From Chara braunii (Eukaryota; Plantae; Charophyceae), in NCBI GenBank assembly GCA_003427395.1, contig BFEA01000012.1, positions 6,435,083-6,495,368 on the forward strand: 60,286 nt of DNA, read 5' to 3'. The stretch's first letter is position 1, and the number at the start of each line of letters is the position of its first letter. Below are positions 1-12,671 of this stretch, one piece after another. A model generated the notes under the pieces. It made no database searches and was not told the origin of the DNA. It saw only the letters and a program-made list of their open reading frames with translations. Made by a program: the position numbers and the translations under genes.

Positions 1-15
1 AGTGAGGGGATTCTG

Positions 16-73
16 CAGACTGTTGAGGGTTCAGCCTCCTGATGAGTCGGTGAAACTCCGACGAAACAGTTTG
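16..73 (+). ncRNA. Type III hammerhead ribozyme
   Basis: Stem III CAGACTGT(16-23)/ACAGTTTG(66-73); cleavage triplet GUU (22-24); stem I GAGG/CCTC with loop GTTCAG; core CTGATGA (39-45); stem II GTCGG/CCGAC with loop TGAAACT; GAAA (63-66). Distal extension GAGGGG(4-9)/CCCCTC(80-85). Confidence 0.9.
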
Positions 74-1036
74 TCACAACCCCTCGTTTGTTGTCTTCTT
101 CTCTCTCTCTGCCTACGGTTTACCGGGCAGTTCTGTTTGTGACGATATATATGTATATAATGTATATATCGTCATGTATATACATATATATATTTTTTCA
201 ATCAAAGCATTCGTACCATTTCCAATAGAAACTCGAGGCCAGGGACCTCACAATTCAACCCGGGGTATCTGACAGCATCAACCAGCTTAGCTTACAGGCA
301 CAGGCCTGCGAAGAGGCACTCTTGTCCTCTTTCCATCTACTTGCCTGAATGGCTTCTAACTAATAAAATAAAATAAAAACCTACCTCCACTAGGGGTAAC
401 CACTTCTCTACAGCCGAGTCGACTCTCGCTTTTAGTACTGTTTTCACTCTTATAGGTGTTACACGGTAGAACTGAAATGTTAACCCTGTTCCGAACTGGA
501 CTTTGCTACTTCTGGGACTAGCACGGCCCAGAGGACTGCGTCCCAAACCTACCGGCCCTCTCTTAACGGCCCACTGCGGCCCTAATCAACCGAGTGCCCT
601 GGTTGTTCTACCCTGTGGGACTTAGATGCTACGTCCTCCCTGGACCCTTTTCTCACTCAGCGCCTAGCCATTCTGCTGTTCCTGCCCCCATCCATAATCC
701 ATCTGGAGATTGTAAGCCCACGACTGGAGTGAACAGCGGCCAGCCTATTTCCGCGGCCCCATGTGCGCAGAAACTAGAGTTTCTGTTTCCTACTTCCCTT
801 CCAGGCTCTCGTTTTCCTCCTCCAATCAACTTTGATGGCGTGTTTCAGTCCAGCCTTGATCCTTTCCTTGATCTCTGCGTCTGACAAGGGACGTTTCTCG
901 AACCTTGCTCAATTTTTGTCCGCCCAAATAACTTCACAAATAATGTTCCCTACCACGTGGGCGATGTACCCCCATCCTTTCTTCCCTTGCATACCGTTGG
1001 GCAAAAAACCCAGCAGAACCCAGTGCTCATCCCATT

Positions 1037-4000
1037 CTAGTTTCCCCGCCCCATCTCTTTCCAGTGATTAGCCCACCACAACCAGACACGCTTAGAGGCC
1101 GGGCATTCCCACCAGAGATGCCTTGTGGACTCAAAGGGCCAGCGACACCTGGAGCAACCCAATTCCACTTCCGCTCCTCTACCTAGCAACCAGACTGCGG
1201 ACGGGGTTACCATCATGGACAACAACCACAAAATACTTACATGTTTCCCGTTAGGGAGAGCGCAGAGATTCTTCCAAACGAGCTCGAATTGCGCCGTTGT
1301 GACTGGACAGGAGCTACCCAAGACTGTCGCCCATCTTGATACTGCCACCTCGGATGGTCTTCTGGTCGGCCTGGTGGCCAGTTCGTATCCTGTTCTTGAG
1401 GTATATCCCGAGAGGTTAACTAGCTCCTCGTTTGCGTTCTCGGGCACCGGCCTGGCCCAGTTCCATGCCTGCGGGTCAATCTGGAGCTGTCTTAGTGACG
1501 CGGGACCTACCCAGAACAGTGTGAGTTGATTGCCCTGCTGCTTGATTTTTACTATCCTGGCTTGAGGAGGATTCGCCCAGCTTTGAATCGTCTGCTCCCC
1601 TAATTTCGTCAGTAGGTTCGTGTGTTTCTCGCAGGTCCATTCTTCCACCACCCTTGCAGTGATCTCTTTCGTTTTCCATACCACATCTCCCTCTCCCCTC
1701 CTGTCAGCGATGTACCATGTGCTCACAGGGTCTACGCCTTCTGGTCCTAGGATGTCAAGCCAGTCCTGAGGGATGGCCTCCCTGATGTAGTGCCAATTCT
1801 CTTCCACTCTTCTCAGGCCCTGAAGGTTGGTTTTGATGGCGTCTCGTGATTCCCAATTGCCCAACAGTGGAGCCCACAGGTCTCGTATCCGTGATACTCC
1901 TTTTCTCAGCCACGCCAGTCCAAAGGAAGATGCTGAGCCATCTGCGAGGAAGGGGCGGCCCTCTTGGGTGAGTATGTTTGGATTCTCGAAAAGTTGCTGG
2001 GCTAGGACTTCCTCTTTCGTGCGTGGCATAGTTGGAACATCCGGGGGAAGGTCTCTCCAGGCTCTCATGATAGCTCTCCAAAACTTAGACTTTAGGCGTT
2101 TCCTTCTGAATGATTCCATAAAGAAGCAAACCCAAACGTCTTCTGGTCTGCTTAACCCCCATTCCCTCATCAGCAGTCTTTAAGCTAGACCTACCCAGTC
2201 TTCTTTCAAGTCCGCCATTGCCACTTTACACAGCCAGCTTCTCGGCTGTGCTTTATTCTTCCTTGCAGGGTCCCACATTCCAAGACCTCCCTCCGGGCGT
2301 GGGAACGTGATCAGTTCCCATGCCACCTTGGTAATGAAACCTTCCTCCTTCTTGGATCTCGGTTTCCAGAGAAAATGGGCCACCAGCCGCCGTACTACAG
2401 CTAAGACTCCTTCCGGGATTTCCCTGGTCATACTAACGAACCAGAGGATTGAGAACAAGGCGACGTTGGCTACCAAGGCCCGACCAATCAATGAGAGGTG
2501 CCAGGCTGAGCCCCACAGATTCAACCTTGCTGCTATCCTGCATTGGAGAAGGGTTCCTTGCGCGGAAGCTTCCACCTGGAGACTCACCAAGACTCCCGGG
2601 AATCTTTACTCCTCTCCCTCTGCAATTCTCTTCATACCCCACTCAAATTTTAGTTCGAACTGTCTTGGCAGGAAATATGTGGATTTGGACCAATTCATTG
2701 ACGCCTTGGATAGAGTGGAATACTCGATCATCGTTTCCTTCAGCGCTATCAAGGCCGGTACCGTGTTCTCGGAGACTGTGAAGAGATCGTCTTCTAGGGC
2801 TTTCACCCTGCACTCCTTTGAATCGTTCAGGGACAGCCCATGAATTAGTGGGTGTTGCCTTATACGATAAAGCAGCACCTCCATCTGGAGGACAAACAAC
2901 AGGGGTGCTAGCGGGCAACCTTGACACAGTGATCTTGTCAGTTTGAACGGGGCTTATAGAAAACCGTTGATCATGACCGTTGAGGTTGATAGTGTATACA
3001 AGGCCACTACCCATTTGCAGAAGCTCTCCCCAAACCCCATGTGCCTTAGTGTAGTCATGACGAAGGTCCATCCCACCTTGTCGTAGGCCTTCTCTAAGTC
3101 GATCAGGAGGACCGCTGTGTCAAGCTGCTCTGCTTGTACTACCTCAAGGACTTCAACCGCCGTTGCAATGTTGTTGAAGATTGACCTCCCTTGGACAAAA
3201 GCCCCTTGGTCTTTTTCTACCAGCGCCGATAAGTACTGTCCCAGCCTCCTTGCAAGCGTCTTGGCCAAGATCTTGTAAGACACATTCAGGAGCGAGATTG
3301 GGCGCCAATTCCTCACCTCCGTCTTGTCGCCTTTTTTTAACAGAACCGAGATGACCCCATGCGTCATCATGCTCCCCAGTTTCCCCCCCGTTAGGACTCC
3401 ATTGTACAGTTCCACATGTGGCGGTCCAACCGTTTTCCAACATTTGGAGTAGAATTCCATTGTTAATCCATCCAGCCCTGGGGATTTACCTCTTACCATT
3501 GATCTCAGTGTCTGTGTGGTCTCCCCGAGCGTAATAGGTTTGTCCAAGTCCAGTCTTGCCGAGGTTGACATTTCTGCCCTTGTGTCTTGCCACAGGTCGG
3601 ACACCTCTCTGAGATCGGTGTAGACTCCGTCCTGGGGTCGACGAGTTGTATATGTTCGCATAGTTTAACATGCATGTCGTTGTGGCGTCCGCAGACGCTG
3701 TGTTGTCAAAGGGGTGCTTCAGCTCTACCATTTGATGGACTGAGCGACGCGGTAGTAGCTTCTGAAAAGTTTCCTTGTTCATCTTGTCGCTGGTTTCTAT
3801 GCCCTTTTCCTTGAGCAACTCCACCCATCTTCTTTCCTTATCCGCCTGTATGTTCTCCCACTCAGCCATCCGTCTCTCCCTTTCAACTGCCCAGGCCATC
3901 ATGATATCGGGTGCCCTCCCATTCTCTCCTCCGCTTCCTCTACTCGCCGTTTGCACTCTGATTCTTTCTTGTTCCTTGATCTGGCCAGGATCCTCGAACA

Positions 4001-4972
4001 GACATTGAGGATGCTTGAGATGATGGCAATGCCTCCATCCATCCATTCATCTGAAGCGGGGAAGAGGTGTTTCGCTTCTTCCCAGCTTTTCATGTGCTGC
4101 TCTACCCAATCCAGCAAACCCGGGTCCTCCAAATTCTGCGCATTCAACCTGAAGAAGCCTTTCCCACGTTCCACGCCAGACCGCAGCCTGACATCCGCCA
4201 CCACTGGTTTATGGTCCAAGAGCGGGTTGCAGAACTGTTGCACGACTGTGACTCCCTCCACGATCGGGCTGGCCACCATGAAGTAGTCCAGTCTTCTTCT
4301 GACCACTGTACCTCTCTCCCTCTGGATGTGTGATGTCCAAGTATAGCCTGGGGTCGTTTGGTGACAACAGTTTGAATGGGTCTGATAAGTTCAGCTCCAC
4401 TGCAAGTTCCATCAGTGCCTGGACATCCCTTCTCTCTGCGATGCGAGAGTCTGCTTTAGTGCTTCATCCTGGGATAGGTTCCGATCCCCTGCAATTACCA
4501 AGTTATCGATTTTTGGGATGTGCGACATCAGTCCCTTAAAAAACCTCGCCCGTTCGACTACGTTCGTGGGCGCATAGACCGTCATCACTACCCAGTCTTC
4601 CTCCCGTGCTAGCAGTCTGACCCACTGCCTCTGCATCTACTAGCCTCATCTGCAGGTCCCGATGCAGCAATATCCCTACCCGTCCCTTGTCCCTTGCGCC
4701 GGGGCCCATATCTGTGGGCCGTCCCACCAGGTCCCCAAATTCGCCAACTTTTCCTCATCCAGTTTGGATTCTCGGATTAGTAAGCAATTGACCTTTCGGT
4801 CGTGCATCCAACTTTTAACTCTCCTCCTCTTCTGTCTACCTCCAGTGTCACCTAGCCCCTGCAAATTCCATGTAGCTACTTTGAGCTTATCCATTAATTT
4901 GCTGTTATGCCGCTTGATTTTGGATGCGGATGAATTGTCCTTGTTCGTTGTGCGCTCCCTGCTGCTGTTCAA
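1037..4972 (-). pseudogene. LINE ORF2 (APE endonuclease + reverse transcriptase + zf-RVT), frameshifted
   Basis: APE: KVATWNLQGL, TVYAPT, IAGDRN, RRLDYF, LLDHKPV. RT: KSPGLDGL, NWRPISLLNVSYKILAK, QGAFVQGRSI, IDLEKAYDKV, degenerate LEDD. C-terminal CSRC...ESTRHLWWEC. Many frameshifts and stops. Confidence 0.92.
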
Positions 4973-7770
4973 CTTCCTCCGCCCTACCTGGCGTTGAGAG
5001 GGCTTGTGCCATGAACTGTGATCTTAAGCTGCCCCTCAAACTGCCCCTCGAGGAGCCTGTATGCGAGCGTGTAGCCCAGTCTCTTGTTAGACTGTCCGCC
5101 ATAAACTCTGACTGGAGTGTTTCCTCCGCTGGCAGCTTCTCGTTCAGCGACAGTAATATCAGTGCGCTGATGTTATGTAGCACTGAAATCTGGGCCAATT
5201 CATGGGAACTCCTCTCTCTTACCACGTCCGTGTGGTACCATTTGACCCCAGACTTCGTCAGAGTCTCAGCATACTCCGGTGGGATTCTTGCGTCCAACAA
5301 CTGAAAGTAAAATTTGATGAAGCCGTGTGTAGTCTCACAGGTGATATTTATCATGGCAGAGCTCGGAATGATTCTAACAGGCACGTGCTCCCCATACAGG
5401 TTTCTGGTAATCCGCAGGATTGTTGAGGGTGCTGGGGCCCTATCCGTCTTTTCAGATGGGATACATGGCCTGCCCTCACTGTTCGTGAGGGCCAGAAAGT
5501 AGGTACCGTCTATAGCTTTCGTGCACATCAGAGGCACTACTCTCCTTTCAACAGTTTCTACCTGCCGACTGTGCACCACCTCCGAGCGCCTGCTTCGGTC
5601 TACACCGTGCCTCCGGGCCTGTGTCTGTGCCTCCCCTCCAACTCTTTGTACCCCTGAGTGGGCGGAGCTTTCCATTGAGGATCTCGAACATTCTCGACTC
5701 AGCCGCTCCTCCTCCGCTTCGCTGCCCATTCTGACGCAGGATTGAGATGTCACTGAAGTTTTGGAAAGCTCTCCTTGCGGTAAGTTTCCATACTCCTCAA
5801 CCTCTCCTCCCTTTCCGCCCTCTCTGTCGCCCCCTGTTTGGCCCGCTGGGACTATAGAGACTGCTCCTCCTGCAACCTCGTCTGCCCACCTCGTATCGAA
5901 GGCTCGCCTGTTGGGGCGGCCTTCGACCTCCTGTCCCGTGAGCTCGTCTTCTTGTTTCCTCTTCAACCCACGCCCGCCAGGAAGTGCCGTTTCTTCTTCT
6001 CTTGACCAGCACAGTCTGGAGCTCTGCACTGCAACCACCCAGTCTGTCCTGGCTGTCTAAAACCTTCTGCACCCTGCTGTTGCTGTGCCACCGACCCCCA
6101 ATCGAAATTAGCCGTCGGATATCTAGGCTGGGGATACTCTGGTGCCACCCACTGCGGGTAGTGCTGCATCGGAGGAGCGAAGGCAGAGTTGGTGATTTCT
6201 TCATGGAGCTCGTGTTGGTACTCGGGTTGCTGTCTGAGTGCTGCCATCAATGGCTGACTGGCGCATACTTGCGATCTCCGTTGATCTTGATGCAGATACA
6301 GATGTTCCCTCCATTCTATTTCTCTGTTCCCCACCTCTATCGCGGTTTCTTCTGGGATTGGTCCGGTTGACCATCCTCTTCTACCACCCCAACGAGCCGA
6401 CGTAGCCTGAGTAGGGTGGAGCTCTCGATGACCTGTACTACCCTGCGGTCCGACTGATGGGCTCTCTCTGATTGGCCTCTGATGTTGGCTGGCGGGTCTT
6501 GCCCCAGGTTCCGTTCTTCTGTTGACGTCCCGTCTTACGTGCATATTCTCGCTGCGTGGCCTGTCCTTGTTTGAAGGGTGGCTCGCCTGGCTTGGAGCTC
6601 TGTCTGTTGGGCCCTGACGTTGTGCTCCATGTACTTCGTTTATACTGGGACCTCTCTCATTAGACGGGCCCGGCTCTTCCACCCGTCTGGCTCCTCGAGA
6701 CCAGTCTGCCGTTTCTTCCCCCTTGGCATTCTGATCCCTGCTGTTCAGGTGTTGCCGGAACCGTACTTGATGCCCCCCTGCCCTTGTTCCTCTTTCGTTC
6801 CCCCTCCCTTCCTGATTTCGATTCCTTGGGCAGTTTTCCTCTGTATGGTAGTACCACCTGCACTTTCTGCACCAGTCCGTGTAGGGAGTTGCTATTTCAA
6901 CCTTCCACTTGCCTCCTTTCGGGGATTCAATGACCAGCTCGTCCTCTACATAAAACCGTGCTCCTGGATGTAGATCCAACTTGACATTCATCAATTTCGG
7001 TCTTGTCCTGTCATACTCTGACGGGTGCATCTCCAATACTTCCCGAACATGCTGCTCACTGCACTATGGAGATAATAGCATGCGTCCAATGGGATTCGCA
7101 GTGCCATTATCCAAGAATTGGTCTCTGCCTCCTGCAGTTTCAGTTCTCGGAGCTCCTGCTTTGACATCCAAGGCTTGAATGCCGTTATGTATTCGTTAGG
7201 ACCCAACTTAAGTTCTCTAGATCTCAGCAGCCAGGCTGCCACTTCCTTGGCTTTAGCTACGTATGAAGCCACATTTTGCCCCTCAAATCTGATTTTGCCT
7301 CTACCTGATTCTGGGTTGAAAATCCTTTGTGACATCCATCCATCCTCCTGAGCTCTTATCAGGTCCTCCTTGACCTGTCTTGATAGATGCCTTGCTTCTT
7401 CTTGGAACACTATTATAACCGTGCGTTCTTTCAACCAACTTTCTTTGATGTTGTCAATCTCCTCGTGAACTACGAAACGTTTCTCTTGCTCATCCTCTAC
7501 GACTTCACCTAGATCCAGTCCATCCGGGCAGATGCCCTCGTCGTAGCACCTTTCCACTGACGCTCGTACTCTGTCTGCTGCCTCCTGGGGATCGCTCTGT
7601 CTGATTGGCGGTCTGCCCGCTTCATTGGCTGCTGTTCTTCGATCTCTTTCCGCTTGCTGATAACTGATTGTCCTCATCGCTGGTGGAGTGTATCTGCCAG
7701 TTGCTCCTGGCTGGGCCATTCCCGTCCTCCAATCTGGTTCCATTTGCACCGACCTGTTTAGGGGTCGCAA
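4905..7770 (-). pseudogene. LINE ORF1 (gag-like) with zinc knuckle and C-terminal globular domain, frameshifted
   Basis: Overlapping ORFs 6991-7770, 5963-7036 and 4905-6038 lie directly upstream of APE; CRKCRWYYHTEENC is a CX2CX4HX4C knuckle. Confidence 0.8.
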
Positions 7771-8128
7771 GGAGGGCTCCGGGATACTAGACGACCACGG
7801 AGTGTGCTGTGCCTTCGTGCTAAAGGGAACAACTTTCGCCTAAGTGCTGAGCAACAGCAGCCTGGGGGAGTGGAGTAGATCGTGGTATTGGCTCTTCCGT
7901 GGATAGCGGTAACTTGATCAAGCCCAGTGTTGTACATGGGGGTTAGATTACGATTCAAACCACCAACTGCTCGAACCTGTTAGCTACTTCCTCCCTGCTG
8001 AACCCGGTTCCTGTCTTCCCGCTCAGTATTTCAATCCTCTCGTCCTTGTTACTTTGTTGGCGAGGACTTCCTCTTCTTTCTCTTTCGAGAGGATTTCTCT
8101 CTTGTTCTCTCTCGTTCTCTATCACCTG

Positions 8129-8132
<4 letters not shown>

Positions 8133-8217
<85 letters not shown>
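8133..8217. repeat. (CT)n microsatellite
   Basis: Directly visible. Confidence 0.95.
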
Positions 8218-8221
<4 letters not shown>

Positions 8222-8305
8222 TCCNCCTCTCTCACTCTCTTCCTCTCTTCCTCCCTTCCTCTCTCTCCCACTCCACTTCTCTCTCTTTTCCAGTGTGTCC
8301 TTTAA

Positions 8306-8593
8306 CGTGACCAGTACAGTCGCTTCGTTCTGCACGTCTTATGATAATTACCTCTGTAACAATAGTGTGAATTGGCAGGTTGTATGACTTGTGAATAATC
8401 GAGGTCGGAGTGCATCTACGAGGCGCACGGACCTTGTATTCCGACCGTCCGTACCTGATTACTACTCCTTTATCGTGACCAGTACAAGTGCTTCGTTCTT
8501 CTCATACTATGATAATTACCACAGTAAAAAGCATCGTGAACTGGCAGATTGAGTGACTTTGTGAGTAACCGTGGTCAGAGTGTGTCTACGAGG
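8306..8593. repeat. Diverged direct duplication (~120 bp, period ~168 bp)
   Basis: CGTGACCAGTACA...GCTTCGTTCT...TATGATAATTACC...CTACGAGG starts at 8306 and 8474. Confidence 0.8.
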
Positions 8594-9274
8594 TGCTGGT
8601 GTGAGATTAAATCCTTGTTCTCCAGTAGACAGACCCCGACTTTCCCCTACCGTGAGACATTGGATACTTCCACTCCGCTCGTGGCGAGTGATAGTTGCCT
8701 CGATGAGTAATGCGAGGATCGGCCCATTCATGCGAGAGTTCGGACTGACAATCGGATAGTGCATACTCCAAAACTTCCTTCGTTCGGAGCTGTGTAAACC
8801 GTCCGTTGCCAGATTAGGGTATCAGGATTGCTCCACGAGATCGCATGGTCCCATTGCCATGTCCACCCTTCCCATCCTCATACCTAACTTCTACTCTCCA
8901 TACTTCAGCGCTAATGAAGAAGGGAGGTCGTTTGAAGCTGTTCTTCCATTGCTCGGCTTAGTTTAGTGCTGAGGTATCGGCTATGGAGAGTATCCTACCC
9001 TACTGAGGCTATGGACTGTTCTGGGAGTACAATGCATCCAGGCGAAGCCTACGTCCGCGAGGTGGGACGAGCATGACTCCCGGCCTGATCCTCGTCTCGG
9101 CGGCGAGGGTTTCAGGAGAACAGCGCTACGCGCGGTGAAAACGTGTAGCGGCGCAGTTACTGGAGCGCTACCGCTATTCGCCCGGTACCAGCGCTCCAAG
9201 GCGCGCAGTTCTCGAGTCACCCAGATCGGCTTTCTGCTCTATTCCCTGTATAATAATTTATTATATGTACCAAT

Positions 9275-9556
9275 TTTTTCAGTTTTTGACTTTTAACTCA
9301 AGTTTGGTTAGGAATTTGGACATGACTGAGAGGCAAAAGTGGTTTGTATCGTCATTCTGCATAACATAATTTTTTTTGAAAATTTTCAGGATTTTTTTGG
9401 TTTTTTGTTTTTTACGGTCCGGACATTTCTGGACCTGTTCACTGGTCCGGACCATCAGGAACCATGCATGTCCAGAGGTGCGGACGGCCGGACCGGACCG
9501 GACATGCGTCTGGTCCCCAGACATGAGCTGTCAGGTCCGGGTCCGGTGTAGCCATG
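9275..9556. mobile_element. Partial MITE/DNA-transposon end, related to 34016-34310
   Basis: The AT-rich core TTTTTGACTTT...TTTGGACATGACT...GGCAAAA resembles the reverse complement of 34160-34227. Clustered GGTCCGGAC subterminal motifs. Confidence 0.5.
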
Positions 9557-9589
9557 GTTCAAAGTACAGTCTCGAATGTCTAATAGGTT

Positions 9590-10420
9590 GCAGAGTTGGG
9601 GCTATGGTGATAGATTACTTTGACTTCGAGCTGAAACCAATAGAAGGGAAGTACAATGCCGTAGCTGGTGCATTGTCCAGAAGAGCACATTTCTTTGGAG
9701 TAAGTGCTACTTACTTAGATCCAGGAACAGAATTGCTGAAGAACATTAGAAATGTCTATGGGCCAGATCCAATCTATAGAAAAGTTACAGCTGAGGTAAA
9801 AAAAGAGACCACATGAATGGCCGGAGTATAGGATCTCAGACGGATTGCTGTTTCTCACAGCTACCATCTTCACCCGAAAATAACGCCCGGGCGTTATACT
9901 CAACTTACCCTAAAAAGATCAGATACTCACTTTTTTTCCTAACGGAGCGCCCCTCCCGAATAGAACACCCAGGTGTTGTATTTGAATGTTCCATGGGCAG
10001 AGTGCCTTATAGAGGTAGTTTACATGGGTTTTAAAGGGCGGGAAGGGGGGTATACATGAGTTTTAAAGGGGGTTGGAAAGGTTTTTTTGCTTCCAAGGGG
10101 TATGTTTCGGTTTGATTTATTTTTTTTTTCCCAAGTTTACGAGGAATTCTGAAGTGACCCTCAGACAAAAGTTGGTCGCATTGCAATTCTGAACAACATA
10201 TTTTTTTTACAGAATTTTTTGATTTTGTTTTTCGTGAATTTTGGGGCCGCACTGAAGTTGCCACCAATTTACCGAACATAACGCCCGGGCGTTATAAACG
10301 AATATAATGCCTGGCGCGTATACAACGCCTGGGCATAATTTTCGGGTGAGGATGGTAGTGGGGAAAACCGCATGTGTATTCCTTTTAGTGAAGAAATCGA
10401 AAGTACCATCCTAGGAAGGG
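9590..10420 (+). pseudogene. Ty3/Gypsy pol fragment (RNase H end/integrase linker) split by a MITE
   Basis: DYFDFELKPIEGKYNAVAGALSRRAHFFG...YRISDGLLFL, resuming after 10360 as RMCIPFSEEIESTILG; homologous to the pol region at 16700-17000. Confidence 0.8.
9858..10360. mobile_element. CACTA-like non-autonomous element (MITE)
   Basis: TIRs CTACCATCTTCACCCGAAAAT / ATTTTCGGGTGAGGATGGTAGTG (the right end reads CACTAC on the minus strand). Palindromic subterminal repeats ATAACGCCCGGGCGTTAT. Interrupts the pol fragment. No clean TSD seen. Confidence 0.75.
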
Positions 10421-10644
10421 GAGACGAAGTCAACGACTCAACGCGATGCGGCGCACGTGCACGGTGCAGTGCATGTCGATGTGCCGCATGTATTCTTAAG
10501 AGTCAGATGGCAGTACCTAGACCCGGAGAGGATACTTGGTTCCGCAAAGAGCAAATATGCGAGACTGTACCTGGCATTTTCTCACGTTATGAGTAAGTAC
10601 AAGGGGGATCCATGAATTCGACAGGTAGACAGCCATGCGCATGC

Positions 10645-11831
10645 TATAAAAGGGCCTTTACCCGATTCAGACCCTGTTTGGCAAATGCAGCATAGAGGGG
10701 TCACTCGCCAGGGCCCAACTCGTGAAAGCAGATCATAGGACATGTCCTCTGGGTCAAGAGTCACATCCTAGCTAAACGAAAGCCAATGTCAAAGGTCACA
10801 GTTGTGCCCCCGAACGAACAGTTGCAATATCTAGATTTGGGGGTCACGTCTGTTCATCCAGGGGGTGCGCAGGTCATGTCTGTTCAGGCAAGAGATGTGT
10901 TTGTAAGTGCAGTATATGTGTCTGTTCGTGCAGAATGAGTGTCTGTTCGTGCAGAATGTATGTCTGTACGTATAGTAGGTCTGTCCTTTCAAAAGGAAGT
11001 CAAAGGGTTGAGTCCCAGTCAGGATTCCAGTCCAAAGGGGAGTCCAGATTCAGGTTGGAAGTGTGAAATTGAGGCCTGAAGGCCGCAGCAGCAGTGGACC
11101 CTGAGGAAAAGGAACTGTGGCACACAGCACAGAGGCTGGGACTGGAAAAGGGACCAACAAAGGCTGAATTCAGAACTCGCCAAGGGAGACCAGCACTATA
11201 AGAAACGAGGCAGCCTCCCCACAAGGCAGATCCCCATGAGCATTGATGCGTGGAAGTGCTGAGGCACTTGTGCGCTAAGGTGCAGGAAGGAAGCGTTGGC
11301 AGAAGAAGAAGCTGCGCTAGAGGAAGGGAAGCTGCGCGGCTGCATCAAGCCATAGCTGCGCCAGGCAGAGCTAGTGTTAGTAGTAGTATTAGCAGGGTTA
11401 GTGTTGGTACATCAGCGAGAGGCATTCTGAGTAGATCCTTGTAGACAGGGAGTGTGCAAGTAAGAAGAGACAAGGAGAACCGGGGCAGAGATCTTGAGAG
11501 AAGAGAACAAGGAGAGTGAAGACAGGTGGAGACATTGGTGATGGTGGAAACTTACGTGTTGGCGCCATTCTTGAGATCTGGAACAAGCGCTGGCTAAGCC
11601 AGGCTCTGTATGTATGTTGGAACGAAGGAGAGACTTGTATACTTTGGGCGCTGGACTCTTGAAATTGAGAAACTCTTGTATAACGTGATTTTTGATAATA
11701 TAAGCTGCGCTACTCGGTTCTTCTCTCATCTCAACTTTGAGCTTTGTGTGAAGCTATCCTATCTGTGTTTGGTGACATGTGTGCATGTGAATGAGACACT
11801 CCAGCAAGTGTGAATCGTCGGGCCCCTTGCA
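10645..11831 (+). mobile_element. 5' LTR of Ty3/Gypsy chromovirus
   Basis: Starts TATAAAAGGG (decayed TG), ends CCCCTTGCA, is followed by a PBS, and is highly similar to the reverse complement of 14199-15354. Confidence 0.9.
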
Positions 11832-11836
11832 AATTT

Positions 11837-11848
11837 TGGTATCGGAGC
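11837..11848 (+). promoter_or_regulatory. Primer-binding site (tRNA-iMet type)
   Basis: TGGTATCGGAGC lies 5 nt after the LTR end; one mismatch to canonical TGGTATCAGAGC. Confidence 0.85.
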
Positions 11849-12671
11849 AAGACTCTTTGCGCTCGCTGATGCGCTGGCTTGAGGGAGGCTGGCGAGAGAG
11901 AGAAATGCTGGCTTGAAGATGCTGGCTATGGTAAAGGTGTAAGGAGAGAATAAGTGGATTGGGACATGAGAGAGGAGTTGGCCGAAGGGGAAGAGGCGAA
12001 GGAGAGAAACTTACCTCGCGTGGAGCGTTGGAGTGCGGAGCGACGAGGAGTCTTCATCGACGGTTGCTGCAAAAGAGAGAAGCACCTTTTATTCCCTTAC
12101 CTGGCTGGATATGTGTGTTGTACCACTACTCCTCATCCTCTCTGGGGTCACTGCTGCTGCTGTCGGATCGAGTCACCTGGTCTGTAGTCTGGTTGATTGG
12201 GAACAAAGGGTCTGGTCACGTCAGAGTCAAGAGTAGTCAGAGTTTTGTCTGGTCCTCTCCTCTGTCCCTCTGATCTGATATCTGTGTTGTAGTAACGATA
12301 GGGGTACACTGGGGTTGGTAGTCTGCCACGTCAGTTTGCAAGATATGTACAAGGCATAATCAAACTAGGCAGAGATAATTAGTAATCAAAGTGTTGACTA
12401 GACAACTGACATAGTACACACTTCAGCTGATACCTGCACACAGGGAACAAGGTTAGGAAAAAGATAAAAGTGAGTGAAAAAAAAAAAAGTCCTATTGCAT
12501 ATTCAAAGAAAGAAAATCTGAAATTTGTTATTACAGCAGTGACATCCAGAGTTTGCAAAAAAAAAAACAGAGCGAAATCGTTTTCTCCCATCCACTTAGA
12601 TTAGCTTAAGGATCAGTTGGGAGTCTTACCTGGTGGGACCAGCGGACGTATCCCTGTGCTAAAGTCCCATC

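Larger units (their letters stand above)
193..9248 (-). mobile_element. Decayed L1/Tx1-like LINE (element 1), apparently near full length
   Basis: Minus-strand order: ORF1 with zinc knuckle, APE endonuclease, RT, C-terminal CCHC, then a short A-tail (T run 193-198) next to a (TA)-rich tract. GC-rich putative 5' UTR at ~9000-9248. The 5' boundary is approximate. Confidence 0.85.
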
